Source: Schizochytrium sp. TIO01 (Eukaryota > Protista > Bigyra: Labyrinthulomycetes). From it: DNA of 64,000 bases. Numbering within the stretch: the first letter of the stretch is position 1; each line of letters starts with the position of its first letter. The translations under genes were made by a program, and so were the position numbers. The notes beneath the pieces are model-generated. The model was not told where the DNA came from. It did not search any database and saw only the letters and a list, made by a program, of their open reading frames with translations. The stretch is taken from assembly GCA_004764695.1 (NCBI GenBank), contig SMSO01000035.1, positions 3,980,040 through 4,044,039 of the forward strand, given 5' to 3'. This document shows, one piece after another, positions 39,101 to 51,200 of the stretch.

Positions 39101-39776
39101 TACTCCGAATATGAGCCAAAATAAAATAAGCATACCTTGGAAAGAGGTCAACAACCCCATTCTGGGCAAGGAATATACGTTTCATTTTGGTTGTTTCACG
39201 GAACACTCGAGATGATCTTGTAAAGTTCTCCATTGTATCCCATACGAGTTGATTTGAACTGAGGTTGATTTCCTCTAAATATTTACCATTGCCGATTTCA
39301 TGAAATGAGCTTGCTGTAATTGAGTTCACGGACAGATCAAGAATGCGCAAAGAAGGCATCGACGACAAATCAGGTATTTCCACTAATCGATTGCGCGATA
39401 ACTTGAGTTCGACAAGAGAAACCATTTTTTCGGGCCAGCGGTTCAGCTTCGCATCGTATTCTCGCGCACATATGTATGCAATCTTGTTTCGTGAAGCGTA
39501 GAGACGCTTGAGGTGATGCAAGCTAGAGAGATCTATCAAGGAAGACAATTCGTTGTCTTGAACATTCACCTCATCAATCCGAGATTTCCCGTCTTTAATG
39601 AGGGTCGCTATTCCCGAAAGAGACGTGAGCTCGTATCCTGGACCGTGAAGATGAAGTGCGTTGCCCTTTCCTCGATCAACTTGCTCCCACATACCAGCAT
39701 CTAACTTCTTGAAAGTGCGGACTTTTGCGCCATTCTCATTGCGGTCTCTTGGCACATCTTCTGTTGAGTACCCCAT
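33171..39776 (-). CDS. Large leucine-rich repeat protein with helical (ARM-like) middle and PH-like C-terminal region
   Basis: N-terminal LxxLxLSxNxL repeats (LKRLYASRNKI, LVELKLSRNRL, LRILDLSVNSI, LEEINLSSNQL). C-terminal RCLLVLTSEAYYLY…LQRVVLGLYGQRIHI is reminiscent of nischarin/STK11IP-type PH-like domains. 2201-codon intact ORF. Confidence 0.8.
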   Translation of the reverse strand: MGYSTEDVPRDRNENGAKVRTFKKLDAGMWEQVDRGKGNALHLHGPGYELTSLSGIATLIKDGKSRIDEVNVQDNELSSLIDLSSLHHLKRLYASRNKIAYICAREYDAKLNRWPEKMVSLVELKLSRNRLVEIPDLSSMPSLRILDLSVNSITASSFHEIGNGKYLEEINLSSNQLVWDTMENFTRSSRVFRETTKMKRIFLAQNGVVDLFPRYAYFILAHIRSKSKLAGTRAIQQVDDFLVDRNMNERADAIRKSKEFIDSLSQDGGIGRQGASTSAALRPTVSNSLGISNVHDNDNIRRQIELALQSGSEEDFQPSHHQTTHGSTNYNTPFPKISELNALLDECFIHPECCSRNLSDLLVDAQRIAERPREHQLLFKIDPTHSAMLEIDTFLQNIALLSERQPQLTRILLTILVFLSTVGEHQFDKRCIGQLRNMMSAGEQHAKEVIEVVSEHMIPWLDRTPDTATRNSIMMNLIELARGARNFENAQLSILDGAIGLISAQLRRTPGSPAPVDSIVEMASVASATSRLARELGGLDLCSSIAEELRDTKSGTLRYQHLLVLISNMSLYDVHDLEGLGDQESLGTGSDGGSPVSQNEGDLDSSSYPNYFSASQADHSMRHRSAELFGKSRVHHVVLRALRQLVEEKEVHPTDQSSDTSIRDCILCLSALSLSPLVFQELVVDVSRYLDLLLDLYKPNALAGPIILSSVFEAITAILRSPRGWFQATFDNVFAKISGKLQGISPLLQYIGEKGARFNQMCKLVPREEEVHFRGEIKVLANLRSKSMHRLLVSVINLITFYNEEAAHGLNQLAQRIAQDLKEKKRETYLFNCLQTPSEDVRIAVLRCLQAIKLANLEIDELQYLLDFFENSINISSWKVGTVLAESFRFLTKICLTTTSVGVTFRQDYAEKAASAAFTILERNERRNTTAHPGDFHEKRVLSTSCVQFLQACSRYRNLRSFLRRHDILKKMVNVLYAEDECAGHVKLHVVNDDIEVSRDMYDPNMIERTLPGRQVEYLLQALFGDHSVSPAGVVAPRILRRIADVLMGLPDPSLQFLRQGWLDDESSSFAHEPGTYESGLQTDIQETSAWLLREDGVHAGFRTIVNRHTHDEKRMPAFWNMLVGSQVGCTDEWVTRALNTQGDNADELQQHQLLIDFQGLERLLLYLVGAAEKDLSASDESPPSLLDPASNPHHSSSSPLQSSSVRLMFDKFVMPDVNTDLETYVQSLKQVDGIPPPPMQPDSSIGAPVLNFGAAALGTGEQSQQADGKAPLNAISGRDVLLKYFMEEALAGENCMDAQQDPLRPAFSSTRGILIPTPAQNSTSFLADEDADVVMFASNAADIFRRETETTDTLVAALRVIYSLLKDGRPNTVMSAKQNLRMPKRLRILAFVCAGSQERPVWPQALVGAKFMAIAYELCVMPGIRREEPCDQLNVYGIICTISKRILSTLRRYAELQSMTESDYVTAMHTTRTLALIASQLPLLYLPWYGDDSSEATFTARAKTRDAAWRMLMPFNGVIRSCIAILIGCSGQKQQRSSELELVLVALREQITQILVSAFIMSPESRYEILEEFVRVQVDGRTMMRNSYIQELLDRVKEATFTNELQAFMAKEQHFSFHLKKSRRESILAAVSPFERAEAGEVPTPSRGGFFAMCVGFRTPAAKPESPGVFSNTGYSSYSGGIDASSGEKLRKMWAIEPPPALRRSDFNSLSPARSNVSGTSQRKTDVPKVSSNVDAQEQIQEDASMSGVAANNVNAGVTSGCTERQPWEKDRIGQERILESAFCDVMESPGSQQLRRCLLVLTSEAYYLYEEPQAGHGWQFGPSLKSQNPTDDLYTSPRRYGDAIIVKRKDLKPRLIWRKPYRALQRVVLGLYGQRIHIKHKFSDLRDRMDPVALTCLTYVSGVAARLYSFFMQMSREWAEVELLLGAEKSQINPPPLEDDVPFREALAEETEVLTAAEVIDEASDPGFHSHPFSPQLHTLHLGNPASFSGSQPSVLDFASSTCLFNEIPGMLATQVRIWRKGQLLPRLIICTSKFFMILETHWEHWIFPVNFRLERAQYPSGQMFSSPNDGPRAESADLADAHRAKYLTAINAKLENRRQEEREKRRLLLQRDAGKRVKHSLLELNEVMVSRGENPVLKVGFEKVSTRGGASAAANTRSGSMNAGNQHHTKSEHYYEIQFYDHDTRDRWCNWLIPRLQD

Positions 39777-40624
39777 GACTATTGTTCACTAAATATCCTG
39801 CAGCAATTTTAAGCTTCACTTATGGGCAAGTATCTCTGTGCCACACCACAGACCACCTTGTATTTCCCAAAATTGTAAAACAGAACAAACCCCACAAAAC
39901 GAACCCCAATTCTAAAACCTGTCAACGTAACTTCATGAAGATGTGGCAGGCTTCAAGTCCAGACCTGTGGCTGTCGCAGTCTACGACGCTACTTTCCTGG
40001 TACTTAAAGATAGATGGTGGATCGCTCAGTCACGGACAGTATCGATGAAGTCGCTAAGCTATCTGCTTGCATAGGTCAATTTTCGACCTCCACAGTTTTA
40101 CGCAGCACTGCTACGACCTTCAGGAGCAGCTGGTGCTCAAAGCGCTCTTAGAATTGGGTCTGCAGAGGGTTTGCTCGAGTCTCCAAGCCCAGGCCACTAA
40201 GAGTCCTCTTAGTCATAGTCCGCATAGCAGTAGCACTTTCGGGGACCCTTATCCTCTGTGTGCTTGATTTGTTGTGACCAAGCCTAAAGAGAATCAAACC
40301 GAGTTCCCTTTGACAGAGTGGCACTTCTTGACAGTAACGGCAGGCACCTCCAGCAAGGGTTGCTGGGAGATCTTGAACAAGCCTCGCGCGAGAGGGAGAG
40401 AGCTTGAAGGTGGTGAAACTAGCGAGGATTGGCACGGACGGTTTAACTTGGATTTTGAGGCTTCGAGTTTTGGTCATTGGGCAATCTGCTGTTGCGCGTG
40501 GCAAATATCTTGGAGACCGAATAACCTTCAAAGCCAGGTAAAGTATTTGACGCAATCTGGAGCTCGGCTTTGCTTATATTTCGCTCGTTGCTGAATCTGC
40601 TTCTCGGATCTTGAACTCGTCGTC

Positions 40625-42064
40625 ATGGGGGGGGCGAATGCCGCCACACAGAGCTTGAGTTCTGATTTAACGGGAGACTCTGTAGAAAATTCCGAAGGTC
40701 AAGTATGGTTTGTGCACCCCGATCTGGGGATTGGGGGTGCAGAGATGCTTATTGTGAATGCGGCTGTAGCATTGCTGAAAGATCATGGCCGAGATGTGCA
40801 GATTTTCACAGCTCACCACGACCCAAAGAGATGTTTCGCAGAAACCACCGATGGCGGTCCTTTGTCATCCAGAGTACACGTGTATGGAAGCTGGCTTCCA
40901 CGCAAAATTGTTGGAAGATTTCACGCAGTCTGTGCGATCCTACGAATGATATGGATTTCTTTTGTCCTTGGAGCTCGCATCTCGTTGGGATTCTGCGAAA
41001 GGCCTGCAGTCATCGTTTGCGACGTTGTCTCACATGTTGTGCCACTGTTACGTCTCTTGACTGGATCACAAGTTGTTTTCTACTGCCATTTCCCAGACAA
41101 ACTCCTATGCGTGGAGCGTGGCAGCTTTTTGAAGCGAGCTTATCGCATGCCAATGGATTGGTGGGAGGAGAGTTCGACTGGAGCTGCAGATGCAGTAGTC
41201 GTAAATAGTAAATTTACTGCAGGCGTATTTCGTGAGTCGTTCACCTCCCTCAGCAAGAAAGATGTTGGAGTTCTTTACCCAGCAATCGACATGCAAGAGT
41301 TCGATCGTTCCTTGAGCAAGGACCAAATTGAAAAAGCGCATCAAGGATTTCCACCTGAACTTAAGACTCATTTGTCTACTTGGACAAGCGACGCCATTCT
41401 TCTTGTCTCTGTAAATAGGTTTGAACGCAAGAAAAACCTCATGTTGGCAGTGGAGGCCTTGAGACAGGTCAAGTCGAAAGTAGATTCCGAAACTTTTGAC
41501 AAGACCCACTTGGTTCTTGCTGGAGGTTATGATACCCGTCTCGAAGAAAATGTAGAGTATGTTAAAGAACTACAGGCACGCGTGAAGGAACTTGATTTGC
41601 AGGGCAAGGTTTCCTTTCTGTTATCATTCTCTAATGACCAACGTCTCGAGCTCTTCAAGCTTGCCCGCTGTGTTTTGTATACACCGGACCGAGAGCACTT
41701 TGGAATTGTCCCTATCGAGGCTATGTACGCTGGCTGCCCAGTGGTTGCGATTGCTAGTGGTGGACCTCTCGAGACAATTATTGAGGGTGAGACAGGATTT
41801 CTTACGAAGCAAGATCCTGTTGATTATGGAACTGCGATAGCAAAGTTCGTGACAAATAGTTCTCTGGCAGATAAGTTTGGAGCGCAAGGCCGAAAGTGGG
41901 TTACCAAAACGTTTTCACTAGCAGCATTTGGAAACCAACTGAACGAAATCATTCAGCGCCATGAGCATCCTGCTCACCTGTCTAAGGCTATGTTTGGAAC
42001 GCTAAGTTTTGGCCTGCTGGTTGCGTCGCTGATCACGTACATAATTCTTGCACGCCTTCACTAA
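40625..42064 (+). CDS. ALG2: Alpha-1,3/1,6-mannosyltransferase ALG2 (GT4)
   Basis: FVHPDLGIGGAE, FYCHFPDKLL, VNSKFTAGVF, SVNRFERKKN, AGGYD.R..ENVEY, LYTPDREHFGIVPIEAMY, SGGPLETI, and a C-terminal TM. Confidence 0.96.
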   Translation: MGGANAATQSLSSDLTGDSVENSEGQVWFVHPDLGIGGAEMLIVNAAVALLKDHGRDVQIFTAHHDPKRCFAETTDGGPLSSRVHVYGSWLPRKIVGRFHAVCAILRMIWISFVLGARISLGFCERPAVIVCDVVSHVVPLLRLLTGSQVVFYCHFPDKLLCVERGSFLKRAYRMPMDWWEESSTGAADAVVVNSKFTAGVFRESFTSLSKKDVGVLYPAIDMQEFDRSLSKDQIEKAHQGFPPELKTHLSTWTSDAILLVSVNRFERKKNLMLAVEALRQVKSKVDSETFDKTHLVLAGGYDTRLEENVEYVKELQARVKELDLQGKVSFLLSFSNDQRLELFKLARCVLYTPDREHFGIVPIEAMYAGCPVVAIASGGPLETIIEGETGFLTKQDPVDYGTAIAKFVTNSSLADKFGAQGRKWVTKTFSLAAFGNQLNEIIQRHEHPAHLSKAMFGTLSFGLLVASLITYIILARLH

Positions 42065-42669
42065 AATATATCATTTGAAGTTATGATTTCAAGCCTTTCA
42101 CATCGATGCAAGTAGGTTGGTACATTTTCTCCTATTTTAGAAAGTTTTTCTTTGTGTCCCTTATCTTTTAGATAGTGCTGAGCCAGTTTTATTTCACAAA
42201 TTAGTCATCGTGCTTTCATTAAACCACAGACCCTAAATTCTCTTTCATTGAACGCGAGCATAGGCTCAACAACATTATTCAGACCCTGCATTAATGGTAC
42301 AATTGACTATCGCAAGTAGTACAGCAGTATGAGAACAATCATGAAAATGTCGAAATATGTTGAAAGTGTACTCTTACAACTTGAATATAGAGGGGCTATG
42401 ATCAATTTGTTTACGCGAGTGCCACAGGAGAAAGCATCAGCATGGTATATAGGTCCTGCAAACTCTACCTAACACCTAGCTATGGTTTGCCGTAGTCTTC
42501 TGTGGGCGTCTTGTTTGCATAGAACCTGTTAAGTAGATACTAGCGGCGCATTCATGATCTGATAAGTGTAATTAGCTTCATCAAAGATCTCTTCGAGTGC
42601 GACCCAGAAGAGTAAACCTTTGTTATAGGGTTCGTTTGGCAAGCGAGTTCATGCCTCTCAGAGCGCCCC

Positions 42670-45600
42670 ATGTCGAGCGCCAGTGTTCTTAATGGTAAGT
42701 CTGAACGAGCAGGTTGCTGCTGTTCAGGATATGCAGCAGATGTTTCCCCAAGTAAGAGCGGCCGCACTGAGTGAAGAGATGACGATGAACGTACTTGATT
42801 CTTGCGAAGACACTAGACTCAACTCCGAGAGAGAACGGGTAGCGCTCCTAAATGCCATTTGCAGTCACTGGATAGGAAATAAACTGTTCTGCACTCGAGC
42901 GATGTTCGCGCAAAACTTGATCTTATTCCTCATATTTTAAAGGCAAAACCTTAAATCTTGCGTGATGAAAAGCGGGTAGACATAGCCAGGTTGAGAAGCA
43001 TTGAGAATCTGAAGGAGGCTAAACTGACAAATTACCTGTATCAGCACTAAGCAAAGTGGTTCAAGACCCACTCAAGTATTTTGCTCTCGTAAAATGCATT
43101 TATAACCATGGTGAAGAGGGGGGGATGTACATTTGTTTTGGAAGATCTGCGATGTTTCTAGTTGATGATGAAATGGTTGGTGCAAATGGAAATGGCACAC
43201 TGTACTCGTGTCGGTATAGGTCACTCGAGCGGTGTGAAGTGGACACTAAGCAGCAAGAACTGTTTGCTCTTTATTTTATGGAAGGAACATCTTTATATGA
43301 AATGCAAGAGCAGAGTAATGATGAGGAAGATGACCAGGATGAGGCGACCTTCCCTCCAAAAATGCTTTTTCGTTGTGCAGATCGCGCAAGGCTCTGCACG
43401 GAGCTTGAAATCTATTTTCGAACAGACTTTATGTATCAACACTGGCAGATTCCGTTGATGCCGTTTGTTGTAGAATCGCATGATCTCTTACCTTTGCCTA
43501 CCGTACGCGCAAGACCTACTGTTTCTCCTGAGTATACTACAGCAAGCCTTGCAGGTTATCAATTCCATTGTCCTAATATCTATGATTATGCTGGGGGCTT
43601 TAGAGCAGGGCGGGCTTTAAGTGGTTCGAGCGGAAGAACTGTCAATGTTGCACAACGTCAAGATGTGATTGATGATGGAGCATTTGCAACTGCAACTACT
43701 GTTGAGGCTAGCACTATTGCTTCGGCTCGATATGTGAACATTCGTGGGAACCAAAGATCTGTTCAACCACTCCAACACTTCATGACGCCTGCACTGGAAA
43801 TAATTATTCACAAACCATATCCCATTGCCAGAAACTATTGTTCTCTAACTCTGGGGAGCGCTCAAAGAGCTCGCGATGTTGCGGAGCAATACATGCATTT
43901 AATCGGACAGGAGGTTCTTGATTATCGTATTGTTGGTCGTTTGCAGCGATATCAGCGCCGCCGCAATGACGCGAAACATGACTTGGCTATGTACAACTGC
44001 TGGCGACTGCATATGCGCACAGCTAAGCCCCGAAATAACACTCAACGATCCTTATATATGGCATTCCGGGATATTGCTATCTATATTATTCAACGGAGGT
44101 ATATTCCACCTAATATGGATCACTTCCAGACTATAGCGATTCTTGGATTTAGTCGTCATTATGACCATAATATTAAGGCTCATGTGGAGCACATCGCAGA
44201 TAGTTTCACATGCAGTACAAAATCAACAAGTTGGGATCAGCTCGTGGTGCAGACTAAAGCTAATGCGCTCATGCTCGACGAGACTTCCTACATGTGGTAC
44301 ACAACGCAATTGGAACCCCCCGTTAAACCTGTCGCGGCTGATCTTGCAACTTTGTTCTGCCAAAGTATCTTAGGGATTCTAGTCAGGGCGCGAGTCCAGC
44401 TTGGTACGGCGCAGGCATCGAAAAAAATCGATCTCCAAGCTGTTGGACCTGATCCATTTGAGTATGCACAACGCTTGGAGTCTCAAATTCCAGGAGGCTA
44501 TGCACAAGAGCTCTTGAGTGAACAGCTTATTCGTGGATGGAAAGCTCGCGTGTGGCGATATCTTGCATTTTGTGTTGATGGTGGGCTGTTTCCGGATGAT
44601 CTTAACTTGGACATATTATCTGTGGCTGTGCAACAACATTCGAAGCGCTTGCAGGAACTGTCTCAGCTTCTACAAACCTTGCTCTATTTGAGAGCTACAG
44701 GTGAAGACTTCCAAAAAATGCCGCTGCTTCTTAAAGTTGTTGATGACCGGCTTATGGACGACTTCACTTTCAATGAAAAGGTTTTGCAAAAATTACTGCA
44801 TTCGGGCTATATTAAGTGGCTCTTAGAATCATCTGGAGATGTGTTGGAGTATCCCCGTTTCCTCTCACGTCTTTTACAGAATGGAAGGGACCGCGTTCGA
44901 TGGGGTTTTGATCTCCAGACTCTCGTTTGCGAGCACCTTGCTCGTAGCAGTGTGGCATCAACAATGAAAATTTCCAGCTCAAACGCCTCTTTAGGCCACC
45001 CAGCTTACCTGGCACCCCCTTTATCAGATTTGGCGCTGCAGACAATCGTACCTGCTTTAATTGATGTGCTGAACGATGATACTTGCAATGAAAGAATACA
45101 AGTCTTGGTTGTCTCTAGTTTAGTGAATTACACTCGGGATAATGCTGTCTTAAAAACCAAAGTTATGGCTGGTGGAACATTTCGACAAGGTGCAATTGAG
45201 CGAATTTGTAGATTCCTGCAAAGCAAGAATGATGATCTTGTAAAGCACTCGGTCAGCTTGCTTAACAATTGTACGAAATCAGAGCAGTACCGCAATCAGG
45301 TCGCTAAGTTTCGCGCAATTGAATCACTCATGAGATTACTCCGAAGGAATGATTACCAGCCCCTTTATCGACCCATTCAAATTTTAACACAAGCGGCTGC
45401 TGTTGTAGGCAACTTAGCGAGTGATGTCAACCTTCGTGAACAAATCACTAACTCGCTTGGTTTTACTAAGAGGGTTCTTGAAGACCGCACTGCCCAAGTT
45501 CGTTTGCCCAAGGCTATCGATGAGCTCATAAGTCTTCTCAAAGATACAGATAATATTTTTAGTCCACAGCCGCAGTACGGAAGTCTCTGTATCACTGTGA

Positions 45601-45902
45601 TATATGCTCTGAGGAATTTATGTATCAAGCACAATTCAAACAAAGTTCATGTAGGTCTTATGGCGATCCCAACGCTTGTAGCAATCGCAAGAGATACGTC
45701 TGAAACTGGTGATGTTAATCATACTCTTTTAGAGGTGACCCTTCGCTGCATTTATATATTGAGTTTCCATCCGGACAACTGTTTACTTCTCCAAAAACAA
45801 GAGATTCTAAAAATTTTACAAGATAAGCAGAGCCCTAGTGTTGCAGAATTTAGAGTGCAAATTCAGAGAAAAATGAATGACGCACTAGGGTCATCTGCAT
45901 AA
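42670..45902 (+). CDS. Two-exon gene (42670-42694, 43045-45902): PH-like N-terminus and C-terminal armadillo repeats
   Basis: ATG at 42670, donor G|GTAAGT at 42695, branch-like CTGAC at ~43024, acceptor TCAG| at 43044. Splicing gives the in-frame MSSASVLNALSKVVQDPLKYF…. ARM-like segments (AIESLMRLL, AAAVVGNLASD, YALRNLC, AIPTLVAI). Confidence 0.8.
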
Positions 45903-47155
45903 TCTTGTGTAGTACATTCGACTATTAGCGTTATTTGGCTCTTGCTTACAATAAAAGATGAAATTTTCATGTTGTATTTTTACATAGAATGGCTTACATA
46001 TTGACATCCAGGTAATTGAGATTTTACCATGTCATTTCCAGGTCCTTATTTTTCCTTAGCTTTGTGGGCGACGTTTTGCTTCAATTTGATGTTGGGCTAT
46101 GAGGTTCTGCACCATAGAATGAGCTTTAAGAGATGAGAGCAGTGTCTGTGATGAATCAATATCCTATGTACTACCAAAAGGGTAGGCATCTATTGGCATA
46201 GCATAAATATATCAACCTGGACATCCATCGGAATTGGGATGAAAGAATTTGCAAAGGCTTCTAGATATACCGATTCATTGTTGTCAGTTTTGGCAAAGAC
46301 AAGAGCAAAGGAGTAGACTCGGAGAGGAGAACTGTAATAGAAACCAAAGCATCATCTACCATTCAATTGGACGTTCCATGTGATCTTAAAGCTATTCGGA
46401 AGCTGCATTGGTACTATAGGCGCTCAAAATTGTACATCCATTAATGTATTAGCTAATACGCAACCGGCAATATCGTGTCTATTGGGAGTGCTATGCCCTC
46501 CAAACTACAGTCTCTCACATTTCTATCTAGAAGGAGATAAGTAGTGTCACATCGAAGATAAAATGTAATGTTCCTTTCATCACACGCATGGGGTGGTGAT
46601 CGATCCACACAATAAACTGCGTGTTATGTTTCAAAAGAAGCAAAGACCATCGTGGTGACTTGGTCGAGAAAAGATGCAGCATGGTGTATCAGTCGTGTTA
46701 TAATCGACAATATCAAAAACTCCACACTGGGCATCGTATTCGTTACGCAAAAAACCACGAATTCTGATCCAATAACAACAAAGGAAGGCATCTAATGTTC
46801 CAAGTTTAGGTCTATGATAAACGAAACAACTTCCAAACGAGGGATCATCAATTGTCATTGAAGAGCCTATTTAGTTATTTATAGCCAATTGAGATAGTCA
46901 GCGCAGCAGCAACACAGCTGAGTGAAAGCATTGAGTGCAAGGATAAAACTCCCAAGAATAAAATAGGGAATAAACGAAGATTTACTATTCAGTATACACC
47001 CTTCTTGAATTCAACCCCAAAATATATTTACCAAAAGTAAGGAGCTGAAGAAGCAATATTAGTATCAAGCAAGCAAATAGAAGGTACTTAAAAGCGCACA
47101 CACTTTAGGTATTGGATCGATGGTTGTTTGAATGATATTTCGCCAACCTCGAATT

Positions 47156-47998
47156 TTATAGCATATCAAGCTTACTCTGGATTTCTTCAAGCTGCTGAAA
47201 AAAATCAAACAGCTGATCATGCGAAAAAGAGAGTGAGAGGGAAGTTGACTCTCGGCCTTGCTCCAGAGATGAAAAACTTTGTTTGCTCTTGTGTTGGTCC
47301 TTCTTACATTTCAATTGCATATGCAAATTAGCATATGGGATAGCAAGCTTGTAGGCGTAGGAATTAGCAAGATGAATGCCTATATCCCAATCAACATGCC
47401 GAAGTCTGGGCGGTTCAACTATTAAAGAACCGGTATGAAGACTAAGGAGCCTATTGCTCCATGCATTGCCCATGGCTCGTGCGTGTTCCTGGCTGAAGCC
47501 GCATGCTTTGGAGTTGAGAAACGTGGCTAATACTTTCCCTGAGCATTGTAGTCTCTCGCTCTCTTCAATTAAATGCATGTAAAATTTCTCAATTATTTCT
47601 GCTGCTTCCCTTGGCACCCCCAGCGTTTTGGAAAACCCTTCACGAACCTGCTCAGAAAATGGGCATTTATCGTATTTCTCTTTGCTGGAGCTGTTCTCAT
47701 CAACGCTGGTTTTCTCTTTTGTCTTCGTTACCGTCGAACCGGTCAAGACACTAACCTCTAAATACGCTAATCTGGCCTCAATCGCAGCAGACATGGAGGC
47801 CTCAACAGCTGCAGAGTTCTCGACCGCGCTCAGAATAGACCTCGCCTCGATCACAACGTTATCCGGCAATTCCAAACGTGCTGCCATGGTCCTCAACCTC
47901 GGCAGAAGTTTCGCTTCATCGTTTTGAAGCCGCCTTGACCCTGTGCAAGAACGTGTCTTCAAGAGCGATCGATCCGCTTTGAGAGCAATTCTTTTCAT
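47156..47998 (-). CDS. COMMD10: COMM domain-containing protein, COMMD10-like (start may be ATG 47887)
   Basis: C-terminal COMM domain PRLRHVDWDIGIHLA…PYANLHM…FSHDQLFDFFQQLEEIQSKLDML closely resembles the COMMD10 C-terminus. Confidence 0.75.
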   Translation of the reverse strand: MKRIALKADRSLLKTRSCTGSRRLQNDEAKLLPRLRTMAARLELPDNVVIEARSILSAVENSAAVEASMSAAIEARLAYLEVSVLTGSTVTKTKEKTSVDENSSSKEKYDKCPFSEQVREGFSKTLGVPREAAEIIEKFYMHLIEESERLQCSGKVLATFLNSKACGFSQEHARAMGNAWSNRLLSLHTGSLIVEPPRLRHVDWDIGIHLANSYAYKLAIPYANLHMQLKCKKDQHKSKQSFSSLEQGRESTSLSLSFSHDQLFDFFQQLEEIQSKLDML

Positions 47999-48263
47999 TC
48001 ACTTTCTTTCTTTTATTTCTTTTCCTGTCTCTCTCTACTAAGTACCTGCCTACCCAATTGCATAGTACTGACTTAGGCAACGAAACTTAAGAGGGGAAAC
48101 CTTAAACATGCAAAGAAAGACAAAGAAGATACTAAAGACCAATTCGCTTGTGTTTCGGGTCTCCAACTCGACTTCAAATTCCTCATCGAAGTTGACGTTG
48201 GGCAGAGCAAACTTGGGACTAAAGTGGAGCGTTTCATAGCGGGGTTTTCTCTCCATTCTCGCG

Positions 48264-51200
48264 ATGCAGCGGCACCGCTCCGCTTTGGAGGAGCTGGTGC
48301 TCGAGGCCAGCAGCGGCGAAGAAGACGCTGTTGACGACTTCGTGTCCTCCACATCCTCCACTGGAAACCAAGAAGGCCGGGCCTCCTTGCTCCGTAGCGA
48401 CCTTCACGAAAATAGTGAAGACGGAGATAGCAGCGGTGATCCCAACGAAGGTGCCTCAAATGCATACGAAATCCAAGGAATCAAAAATGATGGCAACTCC
48501 AGCAGTATCAGCAGCAATATTAACAACAAAACGAACGACATTGATAATAGCTCAAACCGTATTAGTGAGGACGATGATTCTCAAGCAAAGGAACGAGGTG
48601 GTTTAAGGATAGCTGCCCCCCCCACGGTAGATGAACTCCTCGCTGAGGACCCCGAGGAGCTCGATGGCCTCAGAACCCGGGGAGACGATTCTTCAGATCC
48701 GGAGGCGAGTGCGCAAGACCTTGAGGCTTTACTCGCGGAGGAAGAACAGGAAGCAGATGAGCATCTTCTGTCAGGCACTCAACAGCTGGTGACAGCTAAT
48801 GCCTCAGCTGCGATAAGCAACGAGCCAGACCAACAATTTGTAAATGATGAGCAAACGTCAGATGGTCAACTGCAAACAAAAAAGCCTCAAGAAGGCGAAG
48901 TTGCCCAGCCTCCGAGAGCTAGTGTGGGTAACCAAGTTACGAATGATAGTGAGAGTCAACGACAAAGGGTAATGCGACGCCAATCATCAGAAGCCAGTCA
49001 CCGGATAAAGCGATTAACAAGTTACACGAATGTTGGCAATCGGGAGATCTCAGCGCCTCTGCATGAAATTAGGGCTAAATTTCGAGCACGATCAAACGCA
49101 AATTTTGCATCTGCCAGCGCAGGGGATACAAATGTGCAAGTAGCTCAAGTGGTAAGTTTAGATGTTATGGATAACATCTCAGCAAGCCTTGAACGCAATG
49201 CTCAATTTGAACAACACGGACCAGGTCTTCCCACCTCAATTACAGTGGTTGAGACAGGAATTATTGTTGGCACATCCCGTTCTTTAGTCCTTGTGTTTGA
49301 TGATGAGCAACGCTGCACCCGTATTCTGTGCAAAGGTCGTGCCTTTGATAAGGTTGATACAGCTCTGAAATTTAGCTTATCATCTGATAGCAATTTCGGA
49401 CCGGTCAGTTCTATGGATGCAGCAGCGTCTGGTGTTAACGGTCATAACTTGCTCGCTATTGGATATGCACGAGGCCGCGTAGAAATATGGGATTTGACCA
49501 GATTCTCTTTATTACGACACCTTTCCGACGGACCTAACGCTCACACATGTGCAGTCTGTTCACTGCGTTTCGTGGGCGTTGGAGGTTCTCAAAGCAGTCG
49601 CTTCGACCTTGGCGCTGGGCCCGCAGCCCCTCGTAAGCCGTATGCTACTCTTGTCAGTGCAGATACAAGCGGTGTGGTAAATATGCTCATTCTCTCCAAG
49701 ACGCTGGTAATATTCAGTCTTGAATCAAAGTGCCTTCTGGACGGTGGTGCTGGGCAAGTCGTTGCCACTGCGGCAATCGAACTTCTTAATTTAGTAGCTC
49801 TTGCTACACGCAGGGACACTTTTATTGTTTCGTTGGACAATAATACAGCAAAAATCACTCATAGGTGGCCAATGAATAAAACATCACCTCCTGAAGGGCT
49901 TCTGCCGCGGCTTTCCTGGGGAAATGCGCGGCTGGCAGATGATTTTGCACGTCAAAAGTCACCCCATATCCTTGCGCGAGCAGAAGGCAATACAATCCAT
50001 TTTTTGCGTTGTGACGTAGCTCTGAATCGAAAAACTAGGAAAAGGCAACAGCGAAACGACTTATCGAGGGAAATATACACGGATTCAAGTGCTGAGAATA
50101 TTGTTGCCTTGGAGTGGCTCAGCGAAACACTTTTAGCTTTTCTGACAGGTGACTACGACCTTTGTATCTTAGACGTGTCCGGAATGGCTGTTGTAGAGCG
50201 CACAAGTGTGCAGAATGTGGAGTTAGTATGGACTGCTTTTAGCACGAAAGATTTTTCTTTTCAAAACAGTGTTCGGGCTAGTGGATCGACCTTATACCTT
50301 TTAGGTATCCGCCAGCTCAGCATTGCTCGAGTACAATCGTGGGTTCAACGAGTAGAGACACTTATCGCTCATAACGGATGGTTGGAAGCGCTAGCACTTG
50401 CTCTAGACCACTATCAACTGACAGGACACCGAGAGAAACGAGATCTTGTTGATCTTGTTACCCGGTTTGTCACAACTGCGGCAGGAACGTCTATGCTTGA
50501 TGATTCTAGATCGGTGGCGGCTTGTATAGAGTATTGTGTTGAAATAGAGAAAACCGACTACCTCTTTGATACGGTCTACGATGTTTTCGTACAGTGTGGT
50601 CAGCAAAGCACTTTCTTGCGCTTGATGGAGCCATATATTCTGAACAGGCTTTTAACAGTCGTGCGCCCCTCTGTTCTTCAAGATTTTGTCCAGGAGTACC
50701 TTAATCACGACCAGGCAGAGCGTTTGGAGCAATGCATCTTACATCTTACGCCTGATACCATTCGCACAGATCTACATACTCTAGTTAATGTATGTAAGAC
50801 GAATGGTCTCCTATCTGGTCTCGTGTATCTGTACAATGCTGGCCTGAATGACTATGAAACCCCTGCCAAAACACTACTTGAGATGGGGGAAATGGAAAAA
50901 TTACTCTCCTATATGGAAACCTCTTTCCATGGTTTAACCTATCCATTTGGATTTCCTATGGAGACTGGCGACGACGGAGGTGCTGCGTTTGTTCGCGTGA
51001 CTCTACTCACATTTTTAATCGAGAATCTTAAACCAATGGCTCGAGCTCTTGTTTTAGAAGCAAATGATGTCTCGGACCTTTTTGCTCTTTGTCGCGTCGG
51101 ACTTGGCGTACACCAAGATGAATGGGAGATGCGCGTGATTGACGCAGTTCGATCCCTTGACCTTTCTGAAGCGGTTTCGCTATGCTATAGTCGTTTACTT

